From Bryobacteraceae bacterium (GTDB lineage Bacteria > Acidobacteriota > Terriglobia > Bryobacterales > Bryobacteraceae): DNA of 64,000 bases. A program made the translations under genes and the position numbers. The DNA is taken from NCBI GenBank assembly GCA_036272575.1, contig DATAYL010000543.1:25313-89312 (forward strand). Direction: 5' to 3'. The notes below the pieces were generated by a model. It was not told where the DNA came from, ran no database searches, and saw nothing but the letters and a program-made list of their open reading frames with translations. Numbering within the stretch: the stretch's first letter is position 1; every line of letters starts with the position of its first letter. Shown here one piece after another: positions 1-8,320 of this stretch.

Positions 1-550
1 CGAGTGACCAGCCGACGTACTCCTCAGCCAGCGCGGCGACGTTTTCGTAAGAGGGATCTTCGTTGGAATGGAGGATGTAATCGCAGGCAACGTCGGGGCC
101 GGGGGTATACGCGGCGTGGCGCTGGAGTTTGCCGCTGCTGGCGGGACTAGTTTGACGGGGGCGGATTTGGGAGAGATTACCGATGCCGAGCGGAATGCGG
201 GCGATGACGCCTTGCGCTTCGGTGGCATAGAGAAGAACGCCTTGATGGGTGACGCGTTTTTCGAAAATGGCGGTCGCGGTGCCGTTCATGCCAGCGATGG
301 CGAGAAGTTTCCAGCCTTCAATTTCGCCGCCGATCGAGAGTGGACGAGAGGTGTTTCCGAGCGAGGCGGTGAGCTGGCGCTCCTGGAGGTTTTCGACGTG
401 AAGATTAACGGCAAGCGCTTCTTTTTCGCCGGGCAAAAAGAGGCTGTATTCGTTGGGGATGCGCCCGGGTTGGTAGTTGTTGGACCGGCCGAAGGCAGCG
501 GCCGCTGGAGCGGCCAGGGCGCCGAGTAGCAAATTTCGACGAGTCAACAT
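1..550 (-). CDS. hypothetical exported protein, N-terminal part only (gene runs off left edge)
   Basis: Absent from the ORF track because no stop lies inside the window. Manual minus-strand translation from ATG 550..548 gives MLTRRNLLLGALAAPAAAAFGRSNNYQPGRIPNEYSLFLPGEKEALAVNLHVENLQ... and stays open to position 1. RR plus a hydrophobic stretch resembles a Tat/Sec signal. It starts 22 nt after the stop of 573..1781. The + strand ORF 68..529 is its antisense shadow. Confidence 0.5.
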   Translation of the reverse strand, partial: MLTRRNLLLGALAAPAAAAFGRSNNYQPGRIPNEYSLFLPGEKEALAVNLHVENLQERQLTASLGNTSRPLSIGGEIEGWKLLAIAGMNGTATAIFEKRVTHQGVLLYATEAQGVIARIPLGIGNLSQIRPRQTSPASSGKLQRHAAYTPGPDVACDYILHSNEDPSYENVAALAEEYVGWSL

Positions 551-572
551 CGATGGATTCCATTCGCTTCGC

Positions 573-1781
573 TCATGGCGCTGAAAGATGCTTCAGAAGC
601 TCGGCGAGCGCGATGGGGGTGTGGTTTTCGGCGGCCCGGGTGAACGCCGGGCCTACGGCGACAGCGTGCGGACTATCTTCCAGACAGGCGAGAAACGAAG
701 ATTGTTTGGCGCCGGGCAGACGTTGGAGATTGATCCAGGTGTACCAGGCGCCCATGTCACCATCGATGAGCGAACCGGCCGGGTCAAAGTCGGTCGAGCC
801 GGAGTTGGTCAGTAGTTCCTGCATGGAAGCTTCGCGTCGGCGCGGAGTGAAGCGGGCTACCAAAGTGATGGGGCGAGCACGGCGAAGGGCTTCGCGGACG
901 GTCCATTGCACGAAGGTCGTGCTGTAGATCTGCGTGCCGGAGCCTTCAGTAAAGAGACTCACTTTAAAACGATTCAGAAGTTCGTTGTGTGGGTCGGTGC
1001 TCATTCCCAGGTCGGCGGGAGACACCTCGGCAAGTTCGGTACGCAAAACCTCGGGTGAGGATCGCGATTGGAAAGCGGCGCGGATCTTAGCAGTGAGGCT
1101 GGAACGGATTGGCGCAAGGTGATCGTAGGAAATGCTGGTGACGGATGGCTCGTTCAAGAGAGTGTTGCTGCCGTCGATGAACCAGTGAGCATAGGGTGTG
1201 GGCGAAGCGGCGGCGCGAGTCTTGAGTAACTCGAGCGCGGGCGCCAGGTGAGTGCCGCTGGTTAGGGCAGTGAAGTAGGTTCCCTCGCGGCGGAGTTTCC
1301 GGAAAGGTTGGTAGGAAGAGGTGGGGGCGCCATTGCCAAAGAAGACCATGGCCAAACGCGGGATGGGGGGATCGTTTTCCGGATGGGCAAGGCGAAAATC
1401 TTTCAGGTACTGCTCGGATGCCGAGCGAAAGGCAGCCATTTGGCCGCTCGACCAGAGATAGGCGGAAAACTGCTCGACAAAGATTTCGGGCGAGTTGACC
1501 CAATCGAGCGCTGCGAACTGCGGCGAGAGGTGAAGCTGTTCGAAGGCGGCCATCTCCTGATGTAACTGGTCGGGAGCGAGCGATTGCAAATAGACCAGCT
1601 GGAGCAGGAGTTCATCACGTTCGGCGGGAAATTTCCAATCGAGAGAGACGGTTTGCTGGAGCAGAAAAGGAACCAATGCCGCCGGGAGTTTCTGGAGAAG
1701 GGGCAGGTTAGAAAGAGCAGTCTGGCGAGCCAGCGGACGATATTTCGCGAATTGCGCGGCGGTGAGATCGGCTGGCGTCAT
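573..1781 (-). CDS. hypothetical protein (402 aa), no family recognised
   Basis: Long ORF with balanced amino-acid composition. Its start lies 6 nt downstream of the stop of 1788..2960, giving an operon arrangement. No signal peptide and no motif I can name. Confidence 0.55.
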   Translation of the reverse strand: MTPADLTAAQFAKYRPLARQTALSNLPLLQKLPAALVPFLLQQTVSLDWKFPAERDELLLQLVYLQSLAPDQLHQEMAAFEQLHLSPQFAALDWVNSPEIFVEQFSAYLWSSGQMAAFRSASEQYLKDFRLAHPENDPPIPRLAMVFFGNGAPTSSYQPFRKLRREGTYFTALTSGTHLAPALELLKTRAAASPTPYAHWFIDGSNTLLNEPSVTSISYDHLAPIRSSLTAKIRAAFQSRSSPEVLRTELAEVSPADLGMSTDPHNELLNRFKVSLFTEGSGTQIYSTTFVQWTVREALRRARPITLVARFTPRRREASMQELLTNSGSTDFDPAGSLIDGDMGAWYTWINLQRLPGAKQSSFLACLEDSPHAVAVGPAFTRAAENHTPIALAELLKHLSAP

Positions 1782-1787
1782 GGGAGT

Positions 1788-2960
1788 TTAAGCGACCTCG
1801 TGGAGAACGCTGCCCTGGGCAAAACGCGCCGAGAAACCGAGGCGGGCGCCGAGAGTAGGGACAAGATCGATGGAGCCGACGGGGCGGTCGACAACGACAT
1901 TTTCACGAATGCCGGGGCCGAGCGCGAGCATCCAGGTGGTTCGAGAGACGACATCGCCGGTGCGGTGATGCTGGAAGCCGTTGCCGCCGACGCTCATATC
2001 GGAATCGCGGCCGAAATCGGGGAGGATAAAGAGCGCTGTTTTGTTAGCGTACTCGGGCTCGCTCTGGATAGTACGCCAGAGATCGGCGCAGAGATTGTCG
2101 GAGCGTTGGATGGCGTCCAGGTAGAGCGAGAAGGCGCCGGAATGGGCGACATCGATATCGTGCAGAGTGATCCAGAGAAGGCTGGGCGCGAGTTGACGCA
2201 TGAGCTGGCGGGCGATGTAGACGGACAATTCGTCCGGGCTCGCGAGATTGCGGGCGTGGCCTTTGAAATCGTCCACCGACAAGCGCAGCATGCCGGCTAA
2301 TTCATGGAGATCGACGCCAGTGCCGCCCTCGGCGGCGGAGGCAAGCGGAGACTCGTAATTGTCACGCAGGAGATGCTCGTAATCGGCTTTGTCGTTACCC
2401 AGAGCGGCGGCGAGCAAGCGCTTGGGAAGAATGACACCAGCGCCGGTGCCTTCGCCATAACCACGATGACCGCTCTCGCCGATGCGATTAAAGCCGTTGC
2501 TAGGGGCGACAACCCAGGCGTCGGTGACGGGACGTTTCAGATCGCGGCGAAAATACTCAAAAACAGTAGGGTAATCCGGTGGAACAGCGGCGAAATTGTT
2601 GAATTTCTCGTAGACGCCCGTGGCGAGACTGGCGGTGGCGACGTAATGGCCGAGAATGCCGCGATTGACCACGCGCGTGAAGAAGGTACCACGCGGCAGG
2701 AGATCGTGGATGAGGTGAGGAATGTTATCGATGCCATCCTGCGAGAAGGTTTCGTCATCGCGAGAGCCGCCACCGAAGGTGACGACGACAACTTTTCCGG
2801 CGGGGGAGGGAGCGAGGGGCGCGGCAGGAGAGTTACTGCTGAATAGGGTAGTGCCGAGGGTTGCGCCGGTGGCGGCTCGCAGAAAATCGCGTCGGGTAGC
2901 TGCAATGCGGCAAGCGATTTCCGCCCGGCTGCCGGGTTGTGGCAGTGCGTTGGTTAGCAT
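1788..2960 (-). CDS. Tat-signal protein, alkaline-phosphatase-superfamily / DUF1501-like
   Basis: N-terminus has TRRDFLRAATGATLGTTL (twin-arginine signal). This is followed by VVVVTFGGGSRDDETF, HHRTGDV and a C-terminal DLVPTLGARLGF, resembling metal-site and C-terminal motifs of sulfatase/DUF1501-type enzymes. Family assignment is tentative. Confidence 0.55.
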   Translation of the reverse strand: MLTNALPQPGSRAEIACRIAATRRDFLRAATGATLGTTLFSSNSPAAPLAPSPAGKVVVVTFGGGSRDDETFSQDGIDNIPHLIHDLLPRGTFFTRVVNRGILGHYVATASLATGVYEKFNNFAAVPPDYPTVFEYFRRDLKRPVTDAWVVAPSNGFNRIGESGHRGYGEGTGAGVILPKRLLAAALGNDKADYEHLLRDNYESPLASAAEGGTGVDLHELAGMLRLSVDDFKGHARNLASPDELSVYIARQLMRQLAPSLLWITLHDIDVAHSGAFSLYLDAIQRSDNLCADLWRTIQSEPEYANKTALFILPDFGRDSDMSVGGNGFQHHRTGDVVSRTTWMLALGPGIRENVVVDRPVGSIDLVPTLGARLGFSARFAQGSVLHEVA

Positions 2961-3095
2961 CTGGAAAGCGCTCCCCGCGGGTCGGGGCTCGGAAACGGTT
3001 GCTGACGCGCGCAGCTCAGTTTCGGCGGTACGGTCATAGTGGTGCTTGTCCCTTACTGTATCGCGGAAGAAAGCTGATCGGTCATCATAGGGAAC

Positions 3096-4268
3096 ATGGC
3101 GGCAGCAATGAAAGAGAGCCTGGCAAGCGATTTAGCGAGAGAAATTTACGAGCTTAAGACGGAGGAGATGTCTACGCCTTCGCTCTTAATCTATCCCGAG
3201 ATCGTGCGGCAGAATATCGCGCGAACGATTGAGACGCTCGGAGGTGACGCAGGCAGGTGGCGGCCCCACCTCAAGACAGCCAAGCTTGCAGCCGTGATGA
3301 AGATGCTGGTGGGTGCGGGCGTCTCGACAGCAAAATGCGCGACGACCTTAGAGCTGCTGACGGCGTGCCAATCCGGGATGCGGGATGTGTTGGTGGCTTA
3401 TCCGCATACTGGGGCGAATGCAAAGCGGGTGGCGGAGATTGGTGCTGCTTTTCCCAACGTCAGGATCTCGGTGCTGGTAGACAAGAGCACGGAAATTGGG
3501 AGTTGGATTGGAACACCGACAGGCTTGTTTATTGACATTAATCCAGGGATGGATCGTACGGGTGTGGGGCGGCAATGCTTAGAGGAAGCGGCTGCGATTG
3601 CGGCCGAGATCAAGCACGCGGGGCTGGAGTTTCGCGGTGTGCATTTCTATGACGGGAATTCGACGGAAGCGAACCTGGAGGAACGTACCGAACACGCGCA
3701 CAAACGATACGATGAGCTGCTTCAGCTGATCAAAGGACTCGAAGCGCGGGGGATCGCGGTGAACGAGGTGATCACGTCGGGAACGCCGGCGGTGCCCTGC
3801 GCGCTTTCCTACCGGGGCTTGTGGGAAGCGAAGTTCCGTCACCAGGTTTCGCCGGGAACGGTTGTCTACAACGATGCAAGTAGTTTGGGACAGTTGCCAG
3901 CAGAGTACGGCTTAGCACCGGCAGCGTTGGTGGTCAGCCGGGTGATCAGCCATCCTACGGCTCGAATTTTCACGTGTGATGCCGGGCATAAGAGCGTGTC
4001 AGTGGATAGCGGGGTACCGCATTGTTTGTTTTTGGGACATCCGGAGTATGAGGCGATGAAGCCCAGCGAGGAGCATCTGCCGTGCCTGGTGCAGGACGGG
4101 CGGAGTTTACCGGCGATTGGGAGTGTTTTGTATTTGATTCCACGCCACGTTTGTCCCACGGTCAATAACTTCGATTGGGCGGCAATGGTGGAGAAGGGCG
4201 GTATTAGCGCGACGGAGCGCGTGACAGCACGCGGGCGCGAAGGGCCTTTATTTGCAGATCCGAGATAG
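3096..4268 (+). CDS. D-TA family PLP-dependent enzyme (D-threonine aldolase / D-serine deaminase-like, alanine-racemase N-terminal fold)
   Basis: STPSLLIYPEIVRQNI...RWRPHLKTAKL contains the HxKT PLP-lysine motif typical of DSD1/D-threonine-aldolase-type enzymes. 390 aa is the right size. Confidence 0.7.
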   Translation: MAAAMKESLASDLAREIYELKTEEMSTPSLLIYPEIVRQNIARTIETLGGDAGRWRPHLKTAKLAAVMKMLVGAGVSTAKCATTLELLTACQSGMRDVLVAYPHTGANAKRVAEIGAAFPNVRISVLVDKSTEIGSWIGTPTGLFIDINPGMDRTGVGRQCLEEAAAIAAEIKHAGLEFRGVHFYDGNSTEANLEERTEHAHKRYDELLQLIKGLEARGIAVNEVITSGTPAVPCALSYRGLWEAKFRHQVSPGTVVYNDASSLGQLPAEYGLAPAALVVSRVISHPTARIFTCDAGHKSVSVDSGVPHCLFLGHPEYEAMKPSEEHLPCLVQDGRSLPAIGSVLYLIPRHVCPTVNNFDWAAMVEKGGISATERVTARGREGPLFADPR

Positions 4269-4443
4269 GGGCAAGACAATCGCAGTAATGAAGCCATCAT
4301 TACTTGGCACGCCGAACGATCTTGGCTCGAAGAGCGGCTGAAGCGCGCCCGACAGTAAACGCATAAGGAAAGTGTAAAGGCAGCTCTGAAAAACTTTGCG
4401 CCTTTATGGATTCTTCACAGGGTTCGATCCATGCTTGAGGCAT

Positions 4444-5928
4444 ATGATCGTCATGAAATTCGGCGGCTCGTCAGTGCAAGATGCAGGTTCAATTGAGCGA
4501 GTCGCGAGCGTAGTCAATGACCATCTGCGAAGGCAACCAATTGTGGTGGTATCGGCCGTCGGCGACACGACGGATCGGCTTCTGGAGTTTGCCCAGCTTG
4601 CCGCGAAAGGAAGGCGCTACGAAGCGTGGCGTGTACTGGAGGAGATCCAACAACGCCATTTTGAACTGGCGACCGAACTGGCGAGCGGGGCGGCACTCGA
4701 ATCGCTGGAGCAGGAGCTCAAAGAGGAGTTTCGTACGCTGCATCTGGCGGGGATGGATCTCTGCGAGAACGGAAGCGAGCTGACTTCGATATCGCAGGAC
4801 TGCATTTTGAGCTTTGGAGAAAGGCTGTCGAGCATGGTGGTGACGACTGCTTTTGTGCAGCGTGGCCTGAAAGCCGCAACAGTGGATGCCAGGCGGTTGA
4901 TTCTGACGGATAGCCGTTTCACGCGAGCGACGCCCTTGTACTGGGAGAGCTACGCGCGCATTCGCTGGAATCTGCCGCACATGGTGGAAAAAGGACTTCT
5001 GCCCGTGGTGGGCGGGTTCATCGCGGCCAACGAGCAGGGCGTGACAACCACGCTCGGACGCGGCGGCTCGGATCTGAGCGCAGCCATTATTGGGGCGGGT
5101 GTCAACGCCGAGGAGATACAAATCTGGACGGACGTGGATGGTATGCTTACGAGCGATCCGCGGGTTTTTCAAAGCGGGCTGCGGCTGACCGAAATCTCTT
5201 ATGATGAGGCAGCGGAAATGGCCAAGGCGGGCGCGAAGGTATTGCATCCCGACACGATGGTTCCGGCGATCAAGCTGCGAATTCCGATTACGATACGGAA
5301 CTCGCGTTTGCCCCACCAGGAGGGAACGCGTATTACAATCCCCGCGAAAGAGCGGCATGATCCGGTAAAATCCATTGCTTGTCTGACTGGATTAACCACT
5401 CTCGAGATCCGGCCGGTGATGAGCTGGCCCAACGGCGAGTTTGCCACGACGATAGCTACCCTACTGGCCGAAAAGAATGTGATTCCGGATTACCTGGTGG
5501 AATCGGAGAGCGCGATTTTTATTGGTGTGAAGCAAGGGAAGACGAATTACGATCTAGTAGACTTCCCTGGCTGCACGGCGGTGCGACTGTGGCCAGATAC
5601 CGCGGTCGTCACGCTGGTGGGCGATGGCAGCTGTAATTCAGCAGTCCTGCGCACTCGAGTAGAGCGGGCGATTCGGGCTGTCTGTAGCGAGATGGTGATC
5701 CTGCCGGTCATTTCCAACCTTTCGTTTAGCGTTTTAGTGAATCAGGCTGAGTTGACACGCGCGGTGGAATTGTTACATAAAGAGTTTTTTGTGGGGCGGT
5801 CACAGAATCTGGCGGCCGTTTCAGCGGAACTGAAGCCGGCGGAGGCCCGGCGCGAAAGCCCGCGCGAGGGGGGATTTGAAGGGCGATTGCTGCCGTTCAA
5901 GATACAGCCGGTATTTTCTAATTCATAA
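4444..5928 (+). CDS. lysC: aspartate kinase
   Basis: MIVMKFGGSSVQDAGSIERVASVV... is the classic aspartokinase N-terminus (KFGGSS), with GGSDLSAA and VLHP motifs. I moved the start to ATG 4444; the track start at 4396 is an upstream TTG. The C-terminal tail is unusually long. Confidence 0.9.
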   Translation: MIVMKFGGSSVQDAGSIERVASVVNDHLRRQPIVVVSAVGDTTDRLLEFAQLAAKGRRYEAWRVLEEIQQRHFELATELASGAALESLEQELKEEFRTLHLAGMDLCENGSELTSISQDCILSFGERLSSMVVTTAFVQRGLKAATVDARRLILTDSRFTRATPLYWESYARIRWNLPHMVEKGLLPVVGGFIAANEQGVTTTLGRGGSDLSAAIIGAGVNAEEIQIWTDVDGMLTSDPRVFQSGLRLTEISYDEAAEMAKAGAKVLHPDTMVPAIKLRIPITIRNSRLPHQEGTRITIPAKERHDPVKSIACLTGLTTLEIRPVMSWPNGEFATTIATLLAEKNVIPDYLVESESAIFIGVKQGKTNYDLVDFPGCTAVRLWPDTAVVTLVGDGSCNSAVLRTRVERAIRAVCSEMVILPVISNLSFSVLVNQAELTRAVELLHKEFFVGRSQNLAAVSAELKPAEARRESPREGGFEGRLLPFKIQPVFSNS

Positions 5929-5961
5929 ATTGAGGGCGGCCAGGCAAAACGGGCCGGGAAT

Positions 5962-6213
5962 CTATGTTGTTATGCCTTTGGCCGCCAGCACCCGGTCGAG
6001 TTCCTCATTCGAAGGTGTGCTCAAGACTTCGCCGCCGACGTCTATGGTGGGCTTTTTTTCCTTCCCGCCGTTATGCTGAGCTACCCATCTGGCAGCTTTC
6101 CTATCATCGTCAATATCTATGTATTTATACTGAACCCCGATTCCTTTAAGATGTCGGATGGTGTCCTGGGTTGAAGGACACCATCCGGCACCGTACACGA
6201 TTACGTCAGCCAT
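5962..6213 (-). CDS. glutaredoxin-like / NrdH-like small redoxin (single-Cys CPST site)
   Basis: VIVYGAGWCPSTQDTIRHLKGIGVQYKYIDIDDD...KKPTIDVGGEVL shows the thioredoxin-fold pattern. ATG 6213 is preceded by GGAG with 6-nt spacing, so I prefer it to the track start at 6276. Confidence 0.75.
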   Translation of the reverse strand: MADVIVYGAGWCPSTQDTIRHLKGIGVQYKYIDIDDDRKAARWVAQHNGGKEKKPTIDVGGEVLSTPSNEELDRVLAAKGITT

Positions 6214-6408
6214 ATTATTCTCCGCTTCCGTCACGAGAGCATTAGACCGTTCCCGATTCATAATGATTTCCAGCAAAAGTCAGGAACACAAAAACCGTTG
6301 AATTGCATCTGATCGCATGACGGTAAAATCGTAGGCTCATAGAGTTCGAGTCCGACCGTTTTTTCGGTTTGAACGAGCGTCCAAGTTACGCTACGAGGAG
6401 AAGAGACA

Positions 6409-6654
6409 ATGATTGCGAATAGTAGCCTATACAATCCAGACGAACTATATCCGGTTCAAAGCGCGTTTAGCCTGCGGTTGGCTCCGGCCGATGAATTTGA
6501 TGAGCCGGCGGAGGACGAAGATGACGAGGACCTGGATGACGAGGACGACCTCGACGACGAAGACTTAGACGATGAGGATCTCGATGACGAGGATGTTCTG
6601 GAGGGGGATGATCTAGACGATGAGGAGGAGGACGAAGAAGACGAGGAAGAATGA
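6409..6654 (+). CDS. hyper-acidic small protein (81 aa)
   Basis: ATG is preceded by GAGGAGAAGAGACA, a strong SD. 43 of the last 55 residues are D/E with periodic Leu (DDEDL-like repeats). Only one basic residue in the whole protein. A perfect stem-loop follows directly. Confidence 0.55.
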   Translation: MIANSSLYNPDELYPVQSAFSLRLAPADEFDEPAEDEDDEDLDDEDDLDDEDLDDEDLDDEDVLEGDDLDDEEEDEEDEEE

Positions 6655-6656
6655 AG

Positions 6657-6680
6657 GTGACTGGGGACAACCCCAGTCAC
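6657..6680. terminator. perfect 10-bp stem / 4-nt loop hairpin between convergent genes
   Basis: GTGACTGGGG-ACAA-CCCCAGTCAC, starting 3 nt after the TGA of 6409..6654 and 36 nt from the stop of the convergent S10 gene. Neither side has a clean U-tract. Confidence 0.4.
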
Positions 6681-6715
6681 GGGACGGCCGCTCGAAAAGA
6701 TTCTGTCACAGGCAG

Positions 6716-8302
6716 TTACTGGCCATCGCTTGATTCGATGAAAGAATCGACATCCTTGTGCAGCTTGTCGTCGGAGGGCTGATCGATATAAACCATGTGG
6801 CCGGATTTGTAGTATGAAAAGCCGATGTTCTTGCGGACCGGCGGTTCCAGGTTCATGTGAGCGACGGTATTCTCAATGCCATTGAAGGGCGTTGCGACGT
6901 CGTAGTAACCGCACACGACGAGCACCTTGAGATGGCTCTGCTGGGTCATGGCGGCGCGGAGGACTTCCGCGACTTGGGTGTCGCCGGTCTGGTCCCAAGG
7001 GCGCACGTTGGCGGTGACGGTGTAATAAGACTCGCTGTCCCACTTGAGCTCCCGGCGGAGGTAGTCCTGGAAGGCGGCGACGAAGGCACCTTCGTATGAG
7101 GCTTCGCTGGGATCGTATTCGTCACGCTCGCCGGCCGCGTCAACATCGTAACCTTCGAAACGGGAATCGAGACGGCCGATAGTACGGCGTTTGTCGCGCT
7201 CGAGTTCCTTAAACCAGCGAAAAGGACTGATACGGAGATTGGTTTCTCCAATGTACTTAGGGGAGAGGCCGGTGAAGCGGGCCGTGTCGGCGACGACTTT
7301 CTGGTAATCGGCCGGGGATAACTGATCGCCTTTCTCGAGGGCCTGCGCGTATTCTCCGTGGGCAAATTCGCGGGCTTTTTGAGCGGCCTCTTCAACGGAC
7401 AAGCTTTGGAGGTCGGGCGCGAGGAGATGGTGGTACCAGGCAGTAGTCGAGTAGGTGGGAAGGAAGAAAATCGCGCGGTCGTCCGCACCCCAGGCGGAGA
7501 ACGCGACAGTCGATACGAGAACAATTCCATTGAGATAGATCTGGTGCCGTTCCTGTAAGACGCCGGAGAGTTCCGCGGAACGCGTGGTGCCGTAGCTTTC
7601 CCCGATAAGGAATTTGGGCGAGGCCCAGCGGGCATTGCGGGTGACGTATTGATAGATGAAGTCGGAAAAATAGTTAGCGTCCTCAATGATGCCGTGGAAC
7701 TGAGCGGGATTCTGCCCAGGGGCGGGGCGGCTGTAACCGGTAGAGACGGCATCAACGAAGACCAGGTCGGAGGCATCGAGAAAGGAATCGCGGTTGTCTT
7801 CGACGATGTACGGAGCAGGCATGCCGTGGCCGTCGGGAGTCAGCTTGACGCGGCGGGGACCGAAGCCCATGTGAGTGAAAAGAGAAGCGGAACCGGGGCC
7901 GCCATTGTAGACGAAAGAGATAGGGCGGGCGGCAATGTCGGGCGTGCCCTCTTTTACATAAGCCACGTAGAAGAAGGTAGCTTTGGGCGTGCCGTCATCG
8001 GCTTTGATGATGTAGGTTCCGGCGGTAGCAGTGTAATTGATCTGCTGTCCGCCGATGCGAGCGCTGTGATGCGTGACGGATGATTTCTCTTCGGGCGGCG
8101 CGGCGGCGGTTTTTTGAGACGTGTTTTGGGGTGTTGGCGATTCGGCTTCAGGACGGGTTCGCTGGCGCTGTCCTTGATTGGGCCGTTGGGCAGCGGGAAC
8201 AGTGTCGGCCGGAGTGGGTTGCTGCGTCCACGCCAGGAGGGCAGCGGTAAGGACGCCTATTAACGCTATGGCGAACCGAGAACGTACTTTTATTTCGCGC
8301 AG
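6716..8302 (-). CDS. serine carboxypeptidase, peptidase family S10 (COG2939-like), secreted
   Basis: NGGPGSASLF and LIGESYGTT (GESYG nucleophile motif). The frame stays open upstream of the track start (GTG 7966) and encodes KVRSRFAIALIGVLTAALLAWTQQ, which is signal-peptide like. I set the 5' end at CTG 8302, 8 nt after GGAG (within GAAGGAG); see finding. Confidence 0.8.
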   Translation of the reverse strand: MREIKVRSRFAIALIGVLTAALLAWTQQPTPADTVPAAQRPNQGQRQRTRPEAESPTPQNTSQKTAAAPPEEKSSVTHHSARIGGQQINYTATAGTYIIKADDGTPKATFFYVAYVKEGTPDIAARPISFVYNGGPGSASLFTHMGFGPRRVKLTPDGHGMPAPYIVEDNRDSFLDASDLVFVDAVSTGYSRPAPGQNPAQFHGIIEDANYFSDFIYQYVTRNARWASPKFLIGESYGTTRSAELSGVLQERHQIYLNGIVLVSTVAFSAWGADDRAIFFLPTYSTTAWYHHLLAPDLQSLSVEEAAQKAREFAHGEYAQALEKGDQLSPADYQKVVADTARFTGLSPKYIGETNLRISPFRWFKELERDKRRTIGRLDSRFEGYDVDAAGERDEYDPSEASYEGAFVAAFQDYLRRELKWDSESYYTVTANVRPWDQTGDTQVAEVLRAAMTQQSHLKVLVVCGYYDVATPFNGIENTVAHMNLEPPVRKNIGFSYYKSGHMVYIDQPSDDKLHKDVDSFIESSDGQ

Positions 8303-8320
8303 AGAGCGGTCTCCTTCTAT

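Noticed and set aside
68-529. 153-aa ORF on the + strand at the left edge
   Set aside because: The opposite strand carries an edge-truncated ORF with a signal peptide that continues the operon. The + strand product is Gly/Ala-rich without features.
4269-4443. Possible lysine (L-box) riboswitch upstream of aspartate kinase
   Set aside because: There are only loose resemblances (AGAGCGGC..., GTAAAGGCAGC). I cannot build the five-helix L-box fold or find its conserved core by eye. A covariance-model (Rfam RF00168) scan is needed; a hit above threshold would overturn this rejection.
6344-6353. GTTCGAGTCC, a tRNA T-loop-like motif (also GGTTCGATCC at 4421..4430)
   Set aside because: The flanking 5-nt segments are not complementary, so there is no T-stem, and no acceptor or anticodon arms can be drawn. 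These are chance matches, not tRNA genes or att remnants.
6456-6680. Ser-rich (74 aa) and Pro/Arg-rich (67 aa) ORFs on the minus strand
   Set aside because: These are reverse-complement artefacts of the GA(C/G)-repeat that encodes the acidic protein. Neither has an RBS, while the + strand ORF does.
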